A stretch of DNA of 64,000 nucleotides from Macrostomum hystrix (taxonomy: Eukaryota; Animalia; Platyhelminthes), in the NCBI GenBank assembly GCA_950097015.1, contig CATNEN010000038.1, positions 26,288,001 through 26,352,000 on the forward strand. Direction: 5' to 3'. Below, piece after piece: positions 53,402 through 64,000 of the stretch; position 1 is the first letter of the stretch; each line of letters opens with the position of its first letter. The notes beneath the pieces are model-generated. The model saw only the letters and a list, made by a program, of their open reading frames with translations, had not been told where the DNA came from and ran no database searches. A program made the translations under genes and the position numbers.

Positions 53402-54700
53402 AAACAACAGCAGCAACAAACAACAACAAAATACGGTGTCAGGTGGAAAAAAGCAGCTGAGCCTGGGCCCGAGCAAAGGCCGCACCGCCGGCAGTGTCCG
53501 AGGCGCCAGCATCGGCCAGCAGGCAGTGGACGAAATGCCGAGTTCGGGCCTGGCCGCGCCGGTAGGGTGCCTGCAGCGTTAGCAGCTATGATGAAAGCGC
53601 TAGCAAAGCAGCGGTGCGTCCTGGCGCATCTTTGAGAGCGCGGTAGTAGCGCCGCGTTGGCCGCTTTGGCGGACGGTAGAGCGGATCGCGTAGCTCGAGG
53701 TCGCAGATGAGAAGCCGATGATCGGATCGCAGAGCCAGCGGCGTGATGGTGCGGCAGTTGACAGCGCGGCGGCGGTCATGGTAGCGCAGAAGCACGTGGT
53801 CGATGAGTACTAGCCTCCGTGTAGCGAACCGGGGCGCGTTCCGCCGCCTCCGTTTGCAGCCGACGAAAGTCGGGAGCCTGCTTGGTGGCTTGCAGAAGCG
53901 GGTGTTGGCCGACACCATATCCTGCCTCTCCAGGAAGTCCTCCAGTGCCTGGGTGTTGCCGTTCTCGCAGAGCGTCACAAACAGCGACCGCTCGGATCTA
54001 CGCGGAACTGCGTTTAGATCTCAGAGTACGACCACCGTGTCGCGCTGCGCAGTCTCCTCCACGCGCGCAGAGAGCTGCTCGAAGAAGTCTTGAGCCTCAT
54101 CTGGGCGGGTGGCAGTGGCGCGTACACGCAGAACAGGCGAACGTTCCGGCCGCGAAGCCGGACGTCTACCCGAAGCATCGGGGGGGGGGCAAGGAAGAGC
54201 AGCGATAGCTCTGCTGCAGTCTCGGGCCGATCAGTGCTCCAACTCCTCCGCGGCCTCGTTGATCCGCTGAGGTATACCAGAGTGTCCAACCGGAGCCCAG
54301 GTCCTCACAGTGAAGTTCAGGCTCGCTCTGATAAACACCTCCTGAAGTGCGATGACATCACAGCTAAGGTCGAGCGCTAGCTTCGCCAGCAACCCTCTCC
54401 ACCAGGCGGCCTTGAGAGTGCGGCAGTTCAGCGTCTCGACTCGGAGTGTGCCCTGGGTACAGCTGGGGCTCGGTAGTGTTGAGCCTCATGGTCTCCGCCT
54501 GGAAGACCCAGATGGACTCGCATGGTAGCAGCTCGGCGCGCGGCGCCACGTTGCCGGCCTCGCCGGTTTCGCTCGCGTCGGCGTTCAACTCGCCGGTGCG
54601 CGTTCCGCTGCCCCCCGCTTTGTCCTGCCGCTGTTGGCCGCCGCAGCAGTGAAGCGCGGCTCACCGTTTGCAAAGACAGTCCTTGACGCTGCATTGCTTT
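53402..54700 (-). mobile_element. RTE-like LINE derivative: 5' end and AP endonuclease fused to the 3' end, RT missing
   Basis: LFCVYAP, ENGNTQALEDFL...SANTRF, IDHVLL and RSDHRLL endonuclease motifs with frameshifts; (TTG)n-like tail shared with the 43480 copy. Confidence 0.8.
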
Positions 54701-55242
54701 TGTTATTCCTGCAATTATTATTATTAACAATAAACACCGAAGCTGTCTGATGGTGATCAGTTTTCTTAATTAGTGAAATTGTATATATAATAAGCAAAGG
54801 CTGACTACAATTTTAGTGGCATAACATCTGAATTTGTCTTTAAAAGCGAATAACTATAACCGCTACGGTTGGTGTGAGTTTACGGACACAGTTTTACATA
54901 GTTTCTTTTACACAAGCGTATATAGAAAGCAAAAGTAAACGTAGATGCAAACAAATTTCCGTAAAACGCATACCAGTCTACTATATTTCAACCAAACAGC
55001 CGTGATACTAAAACAACATTAAGAGGCTAGGCGATGTTATTAAAAGGCACTGAAAATGAAAGACATTGCAAGGTATTTTTGTGTGCAGTAAATTTTTGTA
55101 CAGTCATGCTGCTTAGTATAAATGCAACAAAACTTGCTGAGTCATCTTGCTTATACTCGCCTTCAGATATAGACTCCTGCATGATGTTTTTATATAACCC
55201 CGCTTGACATTCAAGTGTTATTCTTTTTAAAGTCAATTTATT

Positions 55243-55420
55243 AGTCCTCCTGATATTCAGGGCATCAGTCCTCCTGATATTCAGGGCATCAGTCCTCCTG
55301 ATATTCAGGGCATCAGTCCTCCTGATATTCAGGGCATCAGTCCTCCTGATATTCAGGGCATCAGTCCTCCTGATATTCAGTACATCAGTCCTCCTGATAT
55401 TCAGGGCATCAGTCCGCCTG
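55243..55420. repeat. 24-bp tandem repeat, about 7 copies
   Basis: AGTCCTCCTGATATTCAGGGCATC. Confidence 0.95.
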
Positions 55421-55724
55421 TTAATACCCCACAGTTTTGGGTCACATATCTAGTCGTATAGCATAGATATAGCATTTAGTATTTTAGTTTTATTAATTAA
55501 TCTTATGCACAATAATTGTAGAAATCCTAGTTGTAAACAAAAATAAATGCGAATTGAGTCTAGTATTTGTACACTAGACTCAATTGTATTGAAGCAGACA
55601 GGCGGACAATAGACACGCGCCTGTATATATAAGCAGTACTATATCTAATTCTCAATCTCCTGGTACAATAAACAAGCAGAAAGCGACATAAGACGGATAC
55701 TATTCTCATTCTACTCTCTTCGCA

Positions 55725-56168
55725 ATGGGACAGCAGAACAACAAAAGCAGTTTTGAGTCGGTCGATGTTTTTGTAATTACTGAAAACTGTTTGTCGATTT
55801 CCTGCTCAACCTCGCAACTGATTCGTCGAGTTTCCAAGAAGCTGCGACATTGCTACGGAGCTAAGAAATGCCAATACCGATTGACTGCGAAGACACTCAA
55901 AAAGCTGACTGTCACAGACACCTGTGACTGTCTGTTTCTGTGCTGCAGCGTTATAGACACTGCTCAATGCGAACTGCTCAGCAAACTGCTGATTAAGAAT
56001 CCCACATGCCAGATAATCTGGTTCACACCAGACATAGACGATTCGGCATCGAAAAGTCAGCACCTGCTTGAGCCTCGGTGGCATTGGAAGTCTGGTGATA
56101 ACAGCTACCTGGCGGAGAGCATTGCACACCTAGTTTACCTGAGACTGGCGTGTGAGTTACTCTGCTAG
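55725..56168 (+). CDS. 147-aa intronless protein of unknown function, possible TIR/SEFIR-like alpha/beta fold, Met-Gly N-terminus
   Basis: TATA-like TATATATAAG at about 55624, ATG in GCAATGG context, open to TAG, AATAAA near 56676; alternating hydrophobic strands DVFVI, CLFLCCS and QIIWF. Confidence 0.55.
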   Translation: MGQQNNKSSFESVDVFVITENCLSISCSTSQLIRRVSKKLRHCYGAKKCQYRLTAKTLKKLTVTDTCDCLFLCCSVIDTAQCELLSKLLIKNPTCQIIWFTPDIDDSASKSQHLLEPRWHWKSGDNSYLAESIAHLVYLRLACELLC

Positions 56169-56169
56169 A

Positions 56170-56630
56170 CAGGGAGTTAATTGGTTAGACAGAGTGTTAA
56201 TCTGTCAGACAGGATGTTAGGGCGTTAATCCTTTAGACTAGGTGTTTATCCTTTAGACTGGGTGTTAATTCTTTAGACTGGGTGTTTATCCGCTAGACTG
56301 GATGTTAATCCTTTAGACAGGGTGTTAATCCGTTAACTGTGTGTTAATCCGTTAGACTGGGTGTTAATCTGCTAGACTGGATGTTAATCCGCTAGACTAA
56401 GTGTAAATCCTTTAGTCAGGGTGTTAATCCGCTAGACTGGGTGTTCATCCGCTAAACTGGGTGTTAATCCGCTCGACTGGATGTTAATCCGCTAGACTGG
56501 GTGCAAATCTGTTAGACGGAGTGTTAATCTGTTAGACGGAGTGTTAATCTGTTAGACGGAGTGATAATCGGTTAGACAGCGTGTTAGTGTGTTAGACAGT
56601 TTGCTAGCCTGTTAGAACTGGGTGCTAATC
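56170..56630. repeat. Degenerate 20-bp tandem repeat
   Basis: GTGTTAATCCGCTAGACTGG variants starting at the ORF stop codon. Confidence 0.85.
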
Positions 56631-57052
56631 TGATTGGTTGGTTGATTGATCTGATTGGATGTTAATGTTTCAATTAATAAATAATAATATTTCGCTCGAT
56701 CGCTGCAGTTCAATTACTGACCGGAGAGATGGAGGTCGCGCAGTTTTCCGCTCGGCGAAGCAGCTCAAAGTCCCAGTCGTCATCGAAATCCTTTGTCTGC
56801 AACTTGGCCTCGTCAATGCAAAGTTAAATTGACCGAACATGATTTTAGATGGTGTTTAATAATGCGAAACACTTTCATACACTTCTCCTTTTACTCGTTA
56901 AAGTAGTGGTAACATATTGATCAAATAATGTTTGATTCCTATTTTACAATAATATGTGCATGAGCTCAAACAAGTAACAACAGTACATTAATGCTCTATT
57001 AAATCCCTATAGGAAATGTTTTGAAATGTTATTTTGTCGATTGGTACTAACA

Positions 57053-57290
57053 GACAGACAGACACACAAGACAGGCTACAGCCACACAAGACAGGCTACA
57101 GACACACAAGACAGGCTACAGACACACAACACAGGCTACAGACACTCAAGACAGGCTACAGCCACACAAGACAGGCTACAGCTACACAAGACAGGCTACA
57201 GACACACAAGACAGGCTACAGACACGCAAGACAGGCTACAGACACGCAAGACAGGCTACAGACACGCAAGACAGGCAGACAGGCAGACAG
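57053..57290. repeat. 20-bp tandem repeat
   Basis: GACACACAAGACAGGCTACA, about 10 copies. Confidence 0.95.
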
Positions 57291-57339
57291 ACATTTGGGC
57301 TGGACAGAAAATCTTTCTTGCAAAACATGTTGCCTCAAA

Positions 57340-57809
57340 AAAAATTTAGAAAGCTTCAGTTTTTTTATAATCGATCTCTATTTTATTTTCGTTTATTTAT
57401 CAAACAGCACAATAGCCAGTCAATAGCTATCTCGTGACTAACTCAATTTTACAGTAACTTTCTAATAAAGTATAAGTGTAAAACGATATCAATGTAGATT
57501 TTTATTGAAGCTAAATTGGCTAATTTTAGGTCTGATTGGTTGCTATCGTGATTCGTGATAAATAACCGAAAATGAAAGGAAGATCAATTATTCATAAATA
57601 AAGCTTTCTAAGATTCGTTAAAGCAACGTGTTTTGCAAGATATATTGAAAGAACAGCATTGTATCTGCTTCCAATAAAAAGTTCTCTACATTTTAATGTG
57701 AAAAACGTGAAAAGTTCTTATCTCGCTAGTGAGTTTTCCTGGAAAGTCAGCCTTTATTAAAATTTCCAAGAAACGAAGTGTTCCGTCCATCTTCTTCTAG
57801 TGGCCCTTG
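57340..57809. mobile_element. Third relative of the foldback element TIR family
   Basis: Ends AAGAAACGAAGTGTTCCGTCCATCTTCTTCTAGTGGCCCTTG, like 45192-45233. Confidence 0.7.
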
Positions 57810-60247
57810 AACTAGCGTCACATTTGAGCTCATTATTAAGATTGGTTCTAGCGCACTTTCAATCCAAAGCTTCAAGCACACCCGTTGTTATGCTAAGCGC
57901 TAAACTGAATGGCTAATTGAATGAGACAACTTAAAATGGGCAAGCTATGCATTGAAGCAGCCAGCTAAAGCTGACGACATCGTTAATCTACGCCCGTATA
58001 CGTTGCCCTCAAATCTTAATGCATAACCAAGTGGAGCTCTCGGACATACAAAAGTGGTCTAGGGCCAGCCGTCTTTTTAATTACTGGCACTTATCTCACG
58101 TCGACAATGGTTCCAACACTATAAACATCGCTTGTGAGAATTTAATTAAAATACTCAGAGCCCACCTCGTGCTTGGGAATAGTACAGAACTTAAAATTAG
58201 ACTCAAGGTTATTACGTTTGAGTTGAAAGAAGAAAGGACGTAGTAAATAAATTCATCTCCAATGCAACATACGAGTAGTGTTCGGATGAGCACAATTTTC
58301 TATTTGTCTTCCGGCTTCTAAAAAGCAAAATATTTTATAATAGAGACTGACAACATTGCACGCAACAAAGCTGGGAAATCCGCGAAAGCGTGCTTACTTT
58401 TCCATTTTCGTAAAATGTACTTCCTCATCTAAATCGAATCGATTATGACATGCTACTATTATCTACTTATAGTAGTGCGCTACACTGGAAATGTTAAATA
58501 ATAGAACAATTGAACTGCTGTGTACGACAAAGCGGGAATGGACCAGAATAGAAAACTGAACAACTAAAGACAATGAACAAGAAAACGTGTTTGAAAAAAA
58601 CAGAGCTACTCTAGATAGGCCTACCTGTGTTTAGGGGGTGATTTACAAAGCGAGAAAAATAAACAAAATAACAATACAGAGAAAGTGAGTCCTTCAACCA
58701 CGCAGCTAATAGAAATATATAACTTAACGAGGAAACAATAGCTAATTGATTGACGCAAGCAGTCCGTTCTAACAATTAACGTAGAGCTATAAAACGTAGA
58801 AAATATTGGGTGCCGTTTATAAGCTATAATAAGTTATGATAAAACTGATATGCTCAAAATATTATCACCGATTAGTCATAAAGAAAAAAAACTACTCGTA
58901 ATATTTAAACTTTAATAAGGCGTCTTTCGCCAAGCTAGTGCGCGTATGGAAGCCTACTAATTATACTACTGATAAGCATCTCTAACGAACTTTTTATCAA
59001 TCTAGAATATTGAAACAAAAAGAGTGACTAAAATAAGTAAATATTGCTGGCGTAACATGTCAGACCACAACAAGGAAAGCTGATACATATGTTTCACATT
59101 AAAAAAACATTCAGATTAAATAGGAAACCAAAACAGTGTCATGTATTACTCGCGGTATACTACTAAATAGTTAGCAGACGTCAGTAGCATGAACGTAGAC
59201 TTTTTCTGACATTTTGCGACAAAACAAAGACTCAACCAATAAACCGTCTCTTTGCCAATTGCTAAAAAAACTAAAAAACTAAAAGGAGCAACAAAACCAT
59301 CTTTGATGTTTCGACTCAGACAAAACAAAATAGTATTTTTTTAAAAAGCAGCTCTTGAAAAAGCGAAAAGCAAACAAAGGGATAATAGCTTTGCGCTTAA
59401 ACCAAGCGATATTAAAGAGCGAAAGCTGTTTAAAAAATTGTTATAAACAGAGATTATGGCTACTTGTTTGACTATACTTTAAATGGACTTAGTTTTCTAC
59501 TGTGTTTTATTAAAACGCTTTGCATGCAACGTTTTATGAAAGCAAAACGTTGCTTTTTTAGAACTCTCTGGGGCAACCCTTTTTTCGACCGAATCACGTG
59601 ACTTATTGCAGCCAATAGAAAGTGCATTGCTTGTTGATGTTTAAAAAGGACTGTCTAAAAGTAGCATCAGCTGTATCGAACGAGTTTAGTCCGATTTCAT
59701 ACTATTTGTTTAAAGCTGATTGAAATAGTGAAAACCGAAAATGCTAAAAGGTGATTGCACTTTAAATATTTAAAAAGTTACTCTGTTTAAAAGACAAATG
59801 ACGACTAAAGCGAAAAACGAGAGAAATGGTGCCAAAAACTTTCGTTAGGTTTTTGGACCCGTGTTCAGAACGCAGAAGCAACTCAGAAGCAACTAAAGGC
59901 GTAAGAACATATTTTATGATAACACAGTTATTATGTGTCACCTTTTGGTTAAAAATGCTATTAAAGTTAATTAGCGGGCTTCATTCAGCTGACAGCCTAG
60001 CAATAGGCCAAGGGAGTGAGGTGGTTGTATCTCTAGCCAATAGAAATAAAAGAGAAGCAGAAGCAATACAGCCAATCAGCGCTTATGACTAAGAGGTTGA
60101 TGACTAAATATTTAGTTTAAAAAAGAAAAAAAGTAAACAGTCCATTTTCCTAGGCGAACTAAAAAATTGACAAGGTTACAACAGTTTCTAACATATATTT
60201 TTTGTATAGCAGTCTTTATTAGATAAGCTAGGGCATCCATTAAACGG

Positions 60248-63200
60248 CTACTTTTTTCGACCAATAGTGAAGAATCTACTCTTTTTTCCAGTACCGCCGC
60301 TGACTTCGGCTCCGCCAGACGGCCCGGCCAAAACCGATGCGGATGCCGAAGCGCCCGACGCCGACGCGCCCGAAGTGGCAACAGCGGCGGGCATTGTGGC
60401 AGCCCTGGCGGCTGTTGTGGGTGTAGCACCTGCGGCTGCGTTGATTCGAGTCACCCAGTCGGTCATTTCAGCGTCGCCGGAGCGCAGAGCCTATTGTCAG
60501 TTGTAACATGTTCTTATTAGCCACATTTACGCATTTTTTAATAAAGCAACTAGTGACTTGTAACTGTGTCTTTCAGAGTAGTCGCACTTATTTGGATCGT
60601 TCCTTTGGTCTCCCCTAATTCTTCTATAATGTGATTTTGTGTATAGCATGACACCGTTGCTATTTTTAGCACTGGATGTATAATATTAGCTCACATGCCT
60701 GTTTTCGATGAGTCAGAATCTATTTTTAGAACTCACGTGATCCTCCCTAGAATGTTACTTTCTTCGTATCTATAGCTGACAAGGACCTCGCTGGCTGCAC
60801 ATCGAAGACCTCTAAAGCTCTTCGAATGCAGCGCAAATTGCAAACCTAAATTGCTATAAGCTGTGAAGCCAAAAACCCACCTGAAACAGGTACTCAGCAC
60901 CGTTGCCAAGCTTCAAGCGGAACACGTGCGCCCGTTTGGCGTAGTCGACAGCCGGAGCGCTGCTGGCGCCCTCCAAATCCAGCGCCGGCTCGTGCCGGAA
61001 GGTGTCCTGAGGTCGTTCACGACTATGCCGCTCGTCCTTGTAGAAGCGCAGCCGGCCGGACTCCAGCACCGTCCAGACCTGCTGCCAGGAGCGGCTGTGC
61101 GCCTTGCGACCGCCCTGCTCCCATTCGTGCTTCCTGCCAGTTGATTTCAGTGTTTAAATTATTAATTCTTGGAGCTTTGGCAATAATATTATAAATAATG
61201 ATTGCAGGAGGGCTGCGGGAAAATGGCACATCATTTGGTGACACTAGACCCGCAGCTAGCGAGGAGGCAATTCTGCCCACTTCGCTGACTCCTGAGCAGT
61301 GAGCACACACGCACACAGATACCGTACGCAGGTACACGCTCACACAGGTGTGTACATCTGCCATCTGACTTTCTCATCGTCAGGCAGTGTACACTCTCAC
61401 TGTGCCTCCAAGGTTGGCTCTCAAGGGTGTAAATTGAAAGACAAGCCCCCAAGCCTTTTCTCTGAGGCTGCGCCCCCAAGTAATTGTGGCCTTGCCGCGG
61501 AATCGAGCTCAGGGACCTTGGTGCGAGAGGCAAACGCTCTGCCCCCAACCCCCTGGAGTTTTGGCAAAGTAAAGTGACAAAAAGAGCATCAACAAACCTA
61601 GCCAGCATTCCTTCCATCTTTGCAGCCGTTATCATAGGCTGCGGCTGCTGCTGCTGCTGCTGCTGCTGTTGCGCTGCTTTAGAAGCTTCGCCGGTGGCAC
61701 CTGCCGACTCTTTACCAGCCTTCATTTCTTGCTGAGACGTCTGAGCTGGCTGCTGCTGCTGCTGCTGCTCCTGCTGCTTTCTCACCGGGGTGACTTTTGG
61801 CGTCGGCGGAGCCTGCGGCACAGCGGCCGTCACGGCGGCTGAGCGCCTTTCGGCGCGCTTAGCATCGGCGGCTTAAAAATAAAAATATGCCACGAATTGC
61901 GCGGTGCCTCTGAAGGCCGCGTAAGGCTGTTCAGTCCATGGACTGGGGGACGCCATACATACCCTCAATTACCCCAGCTAATGCCCATTTAACAATTTAC
62001 TCATTCAACAAGCTGGGTGAACTGAAGCAATCCAGAGTTAAGTGTCTTGCTAAAGGACACAGATTATTCCAATGGAGTCGGGAATCGAACCCTCGACCAT
62101 CAAATCGTGAGTCTGACGCTCTAACCACTAGGCTACAGCCCCCTGTTTTGTCTAATAATAGATAATGCACATGTACGATTCTAGCTGCAAGGACATTGAA
62201 TTTCCATATGATACTGGTAGTCAATTGTTCATAATCATCCTATGATATCCTATTATGTAATAGATACGGACAAATCAAAATTACCAGCTGAAGCGGCGGC
62301 TGCACCGCCTCCTCGCGTCTCCAACTCTGTCAGCTTCTGCAACGCGGCGAATCTTTCCTCCTGTGAGGCGGCGGCCTTTTCAAACGCCTCGTGCTGCCTG
62401 ATTAGTGCCAGAGTCTCTTCTAGGCTGTCGCCAAGTTCGTGACTGCTCAGATGCGGCTCCTGAGCCAGAAGCCAGGCTTCGGCTACGGCGGCGTCTCGAG
62501 CGAATTGGTACACCTAGAACAAGACATGTACAGGCTAAAGATATTACTAACATTTAATGTGGTAGCCAAGTATCTGTGAACCTTGTGTTCACTATTCGGA
62601 AAATGTTTCTGAATTTACACTTCTTTTCTGATTCAGTCCAAACCCCTAAGCCCTTCCTTCCCTCTGAATGTACACTTCTTATCTGATTCAGTCCAAACCC
62701 TTAAGCCCTTCCTTCCCTCTGAATGTACACTTCTTATCTGATTCAGTCCAAACCCCTAAGCCCTTCCTTCCCTCTGAATGTACACTTCTTATCTGATTCA
62801 GTCCAAACCCCTAAGCCCTTCCTTCCCTCTGAATGTACACTTCTTATCTGATTCAGTCCAAACCCTTAAGCCCTTCCTTCCCTCTGAATGTACACTTCTT
62901 ATCTGATTCAGTCCAAACCCCTAAGCCCTTCCTTCCCTCTGAATGTACACTTCTTATCTGATTCAGTCCAAACCCCTAAGCCCTTCCTTCCCTCTGAATG
63001 TACACTTCTTATCTGATTCAGTCCAAACCCCTAAGCCCTTCCTTCCCTCTGAATGTACACTTCTTATCTGATTCAGTCCAAACCCCTAAGCCCTTCCTTC
63101 CCTCTGAATGTACACTTCTTATCTGATTCAGTCCAAACCCTTAAGCCCTTCCTTCCCTCTGAATGTACACTTCTTATCTGATTCAGTCCAAACCCCTAAG

Positions 63201-64000
63201 CCCTTCCTTCCCTCTGAATGTACACTTCTTATCTGATTCAGTCCAAACCCCTAAGCCCTTCCTTCCCTCTGAATGTACACTTCTTATCTGATTCAGTCCA
63301 AACCCCTAAGCCCTTCCTTCCCTCTGAATGTACACTTCTTATCTGATTCAGTCCAAACCCCTAAGCCCTTCCTTCCCTCTGAATGTACACTTCTTATCTG
63401 ATTCAGTCCAAACCCCTTAGCCTTCCCTTCCCTCCGAATGTACATTGCTTCTCTGATTCACTCCTAACCCGTAGTTTTTCCTTCTCTCTGAATCTACACT
63501 TCTTATCTGATTCAGTCCTTACCCCTTAGCCTTCCTTTCCCTATGAATGTACTCGTTCATTGCTTCACAGATTCACGACAACCCCTTGCCGTTTCATTAG
63601 TTCTGAATGTACATTGCTTCTCTGATTCACTACAAATCCGTCGAATTTCAATTATCAAAAATTCTACGCTAAGAATTCGCACCTCGAGCATGAGCTGCAG
63701 CTGATCCCACTTCGTGTCCCAGGCGTCGGTAACATCGAATCGTTTCCCAGCTAGCTCTGCTAGTTTCTCCTGCACTACAATGAGCCTGGGATGACGCCGC
63801 ATCACTAGCGATCTGCCCAGATTGGCTGCAATAGTGAAATTTTCGTCCCTGGCGTCCATCTCGGCTTTGAGATTCTTGTGCGAATTCATCAGCAGTTCAA
63901 CTCCGGACACATCTCTCGGCCTCTCCTGGGCGGCCATCTCGGCCTCGATTGCGTCCATCCACATGAGCAGCTCGCGGACCATATTAAGGAAGCGGTGAAA
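60248..64000 (-). CDS. beta-Spec: Beta-spectrin, 3' exons (last spectrin repeats and PH domain); gene continues beyond the window
   Basis: Exons >64000-63683, 62513-62285, 61871-61598, 61133-60881 and 60490-60248 with consistent phases. ERPRDVSGVELLM, VYQFARDAAVAEAWL, RKHEWE...RSW, HVFRLKLGNGAEYLFQA, KKSRFFTIGRKK*. Confidence 0.96.
61897..62143 (-). mobile_element. tRNA-derived CORE-type SINE in a spectrin intron
   Basis: GGGGGCTGTAGCCTAGTGGTTAGAGCG...GGTTCGATTCCC then TGTGTCCTTTAGCAAGACACTTAAC (MIR/CORE-like). Confidence 0.8.
62611..63630. repeat. 55-bp intronic tandem array in beta-spectrin, about 17-18 copies
   Basis: GAATGTACACTTCTTATCTGATTCAGTCCAAACCCCTAAGCCCTTCCTTCCCTCT, period 55. 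Confidence 0.97.

Noticed and set aside
55806-56129. SOCS-box-like ITRLPMPPRLKQVL on the minus strand
   Set aside because: The BC-box half is missing (stop just upstream), the motif would not be C-terminal, and the + strand ORF has better start and promoter context.
57026-57426. ORFs with TQDRLQ/RQAT repeats
   Set aside because: Translations of the 20-bp tandem repeat.
62075-62143. Functional tRNA gene
   Set aside because: The tRNA-like head runs into a CORE-like body shared with a second diverged copy, so it is a SINE.

Overview
Eukaryotic (animal, probably invertebrate; taxon not determinable from this window) genomic DNA with GC-rich spliced exons in AT-rich, repeat-laden introns. Conserved host genes: a 10-exon insulin-degrading enzyme (M16A, HFCEH, C-terminal AKL) and the 3' half of beta-spectrin (spectrin repeats + PH), both on the minus strand. 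Lineage-specific or defence-like genes: three divergent BIR-like modules that share one phase-1 splice junction (one ending in an IAP-type RING), an intronless two-Kazal inhibitor, and an intronless, possibly myristoylated TIR/SEFIR-like ORF. Mobile DNA: a spliced KDZ (Kyakuja-Dileera-Zisupton) transposase gene with B-box-like and CxC modules, lying in a 14-kb block between two copies of a SAM-methyltransferase fragment; two mariner relics; a Gypsy integrase scrap; a 3.9-kb foldback element with about 650-bp TIRs and a perfect 8-bp TSD; several MITEs; two internally deleted RTE-like LINEs; two CORE-type tRNA SINEs. More than a dozen different tandem arrays (19-82 bp units) fill introns and 3' flanks. 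All calls were made by eye from motifs and splice sites, with no database searches.
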